Both the position numbers and the translations under genes were made by a program. The notes under the pieces are model-generated. The model was not told where the DNA came from. It saw only the letters and a program-made list of their open reading frames with translations, and ran no database searches. Below, piece by piece: positions 62,891-64,000 of a stretch of 64,000 nt of DNA (its first letter is position 1; every line of letters begins with the position of its first letter). Origin of the DNA: Octopus sinensis (taxonomy: Eukaryota); assembly GCF_006345805.1 (NCBI RefSeq), contig NC_043003.1:8742001-8806000 (forward strand), given 5' to 3'.

Positions 62891-63870
62891 TGGGTTGGCA
62901 AGAAACTAATTTCGTTTTTCGCAGAGTTACGATTTTTTTAATAGCTTTTCTCAACGTTGTGATTTGTTTTCTTTTAACTTTTGATAGCCGTTACTTTAAG
63001 CTTACTTTAGAAGCAAATTGCCCGTAATTTTATTTACAGCTATTAGTTTAGTATCAATTTTAACATGGAGTGCAAACACAAACATTTTCACCATATTTTG
63101 CTTCTTTATTTCCGTAAATGCAAGAAAGCTGCTGAGGCTCGCAAAGAGATATGTGAAATTTATGATATTGATTGCTTAAGAGAAAGCACATGTCAGAAAT
63201 AGTTTTAAAAATTCCGTTCTGGGGATTTTTCACTCAAAGATGACCAACGTTCTGGTCGCCTTACTAAAGTTGATGATGGCCGAATCAAAGCCATAATTTG
63301 GATCTGATTGTCATTTAACTGTGCGAGAGCTAGAGCTTGCAGAGAGGTTAAATGTATCACACACAACAATTGAAAACCACTTAAAATGTCTTGGACTCGT
63401 TAAGAAGCTCAATATTTGGGTGCCACATAAATTGAAAGAGATTCACTTAACACAACGTATCAATATTTGCGATATGTATCTCAAATGCAATGAAATCGAC
63501 CTTTGTTTTGAAATGAATCATCACTGGTGAGGAAGAATGGATTGTCTAAAATAACATTAATCGAAAACGATCATGGTCCAATCGTAATAAACCAGCACAA
63601 ACCTCATCGAAAGTTGAATTGCATAAAAAGGGTCATGTTGTCAGTTTGGTTGGATTACAAAGGGGTTGTGTATTTTGCGCTTTTCTAAGGAACCAAACAA
63701 TCAATTGTGATGTTTACTCTCCACAACTAATGAAACTAGAAGAAGCAATCAAAGAAAAATGGCCAGAATTGGCAAATCGTAAAGGAATCGTGTTCTGCTA
63801 TGACAACGCATCATACTACCAATTATTTCGAAGATTGCAAAATTCTTTGAATGGTAAAACATTTCCAACT
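62889..63870 (+). mobile_element. Mariner DNA transposon, decayed transposase (Hsmar1/cecropia-like)
   Basis: Left TIR ATTGGGTTGGCAAGAAACTAATTTCGTTTTT within (TA)n; ATG at 63065; FRSGDFSLKDDQRSGR, WVPHKL, ITG(E)E.WI, VMLSVW, (Y)DNA motifs; YSPDL region deleted; no right TIR seen. Confidence 0.92.
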
Positions 63871-64000
63871 ACTTGTTGTTGCTGATATACCGATATACCA
63901 ATACCAAACCACGACACTGCATGACCTTCGTCGACCAATCGCAATCCACCCGAACAATTCCTTTCAAATAACAAAAACAGTTTCTTTCAAATTCAAAATG

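Noticed and set aside
63870-64000. Unique sequence after the mariner, possibly a gene 5' region
   Set aside because: Too short at the window edge to support any call.

Overview
AT-rich, microsatellite-saturated eukaryotic DNA. The SINE families match those I recognise from octopus genomes, so the source is probably Octopus or a close coleoid (inference; no search was run). I cannot support any intact host protein-coding gene. Nearly all provided ORFs are microsatellite read-throughs or SINE-internal. The real coding signal is all from transposon relics: two RTE LINEs (28.6-32.3 kb +, near full length but decayed; 52.0-53.3 kb -, younger, with three C-terminal C2H2 fingers), several R4/Dong-type restriction-endonuclease-like (RLE) elements in (TAA)n or (TACA)n tracts, an L1/Tx1 3' fragment, CR1/L2 3' fragments, a Penelope-like GIY-YIG relic, a probable Helitron helicase relic and a mariner transposase. 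Also present are at least four tRNA-headed SINE families (my labels A-D), non-autonomous Helitrons, a Helentron-type HINE, a hAT MITE and a solo LTR. The most interesting signals are RNA-structural and mechanistic. (1) An unclassified ~135-nt motif with compensatory base changes occurs at the 5' end of an R4/Dong element and again just upstream of an RTE. (2) A set of minimal hammerhead-ribozyme-like motifs in Penelope-type repeats includes a G3:C8-swapped core, a recurring A6U core and an inverted pair forming a 400-bp palindrome. (3) SINE insertions are flanked by very long target duplications (50 bp, 120 bp, and a 650-bp-period unit) and build head-to-tail arrays. Two isolated splice-site-bounded segments may be exons of an unidentified + strand transcript. 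All alignments and folds were done by hand, and boundaries are approximate unless a target-site duplication (TSD) or terminus is quoted.
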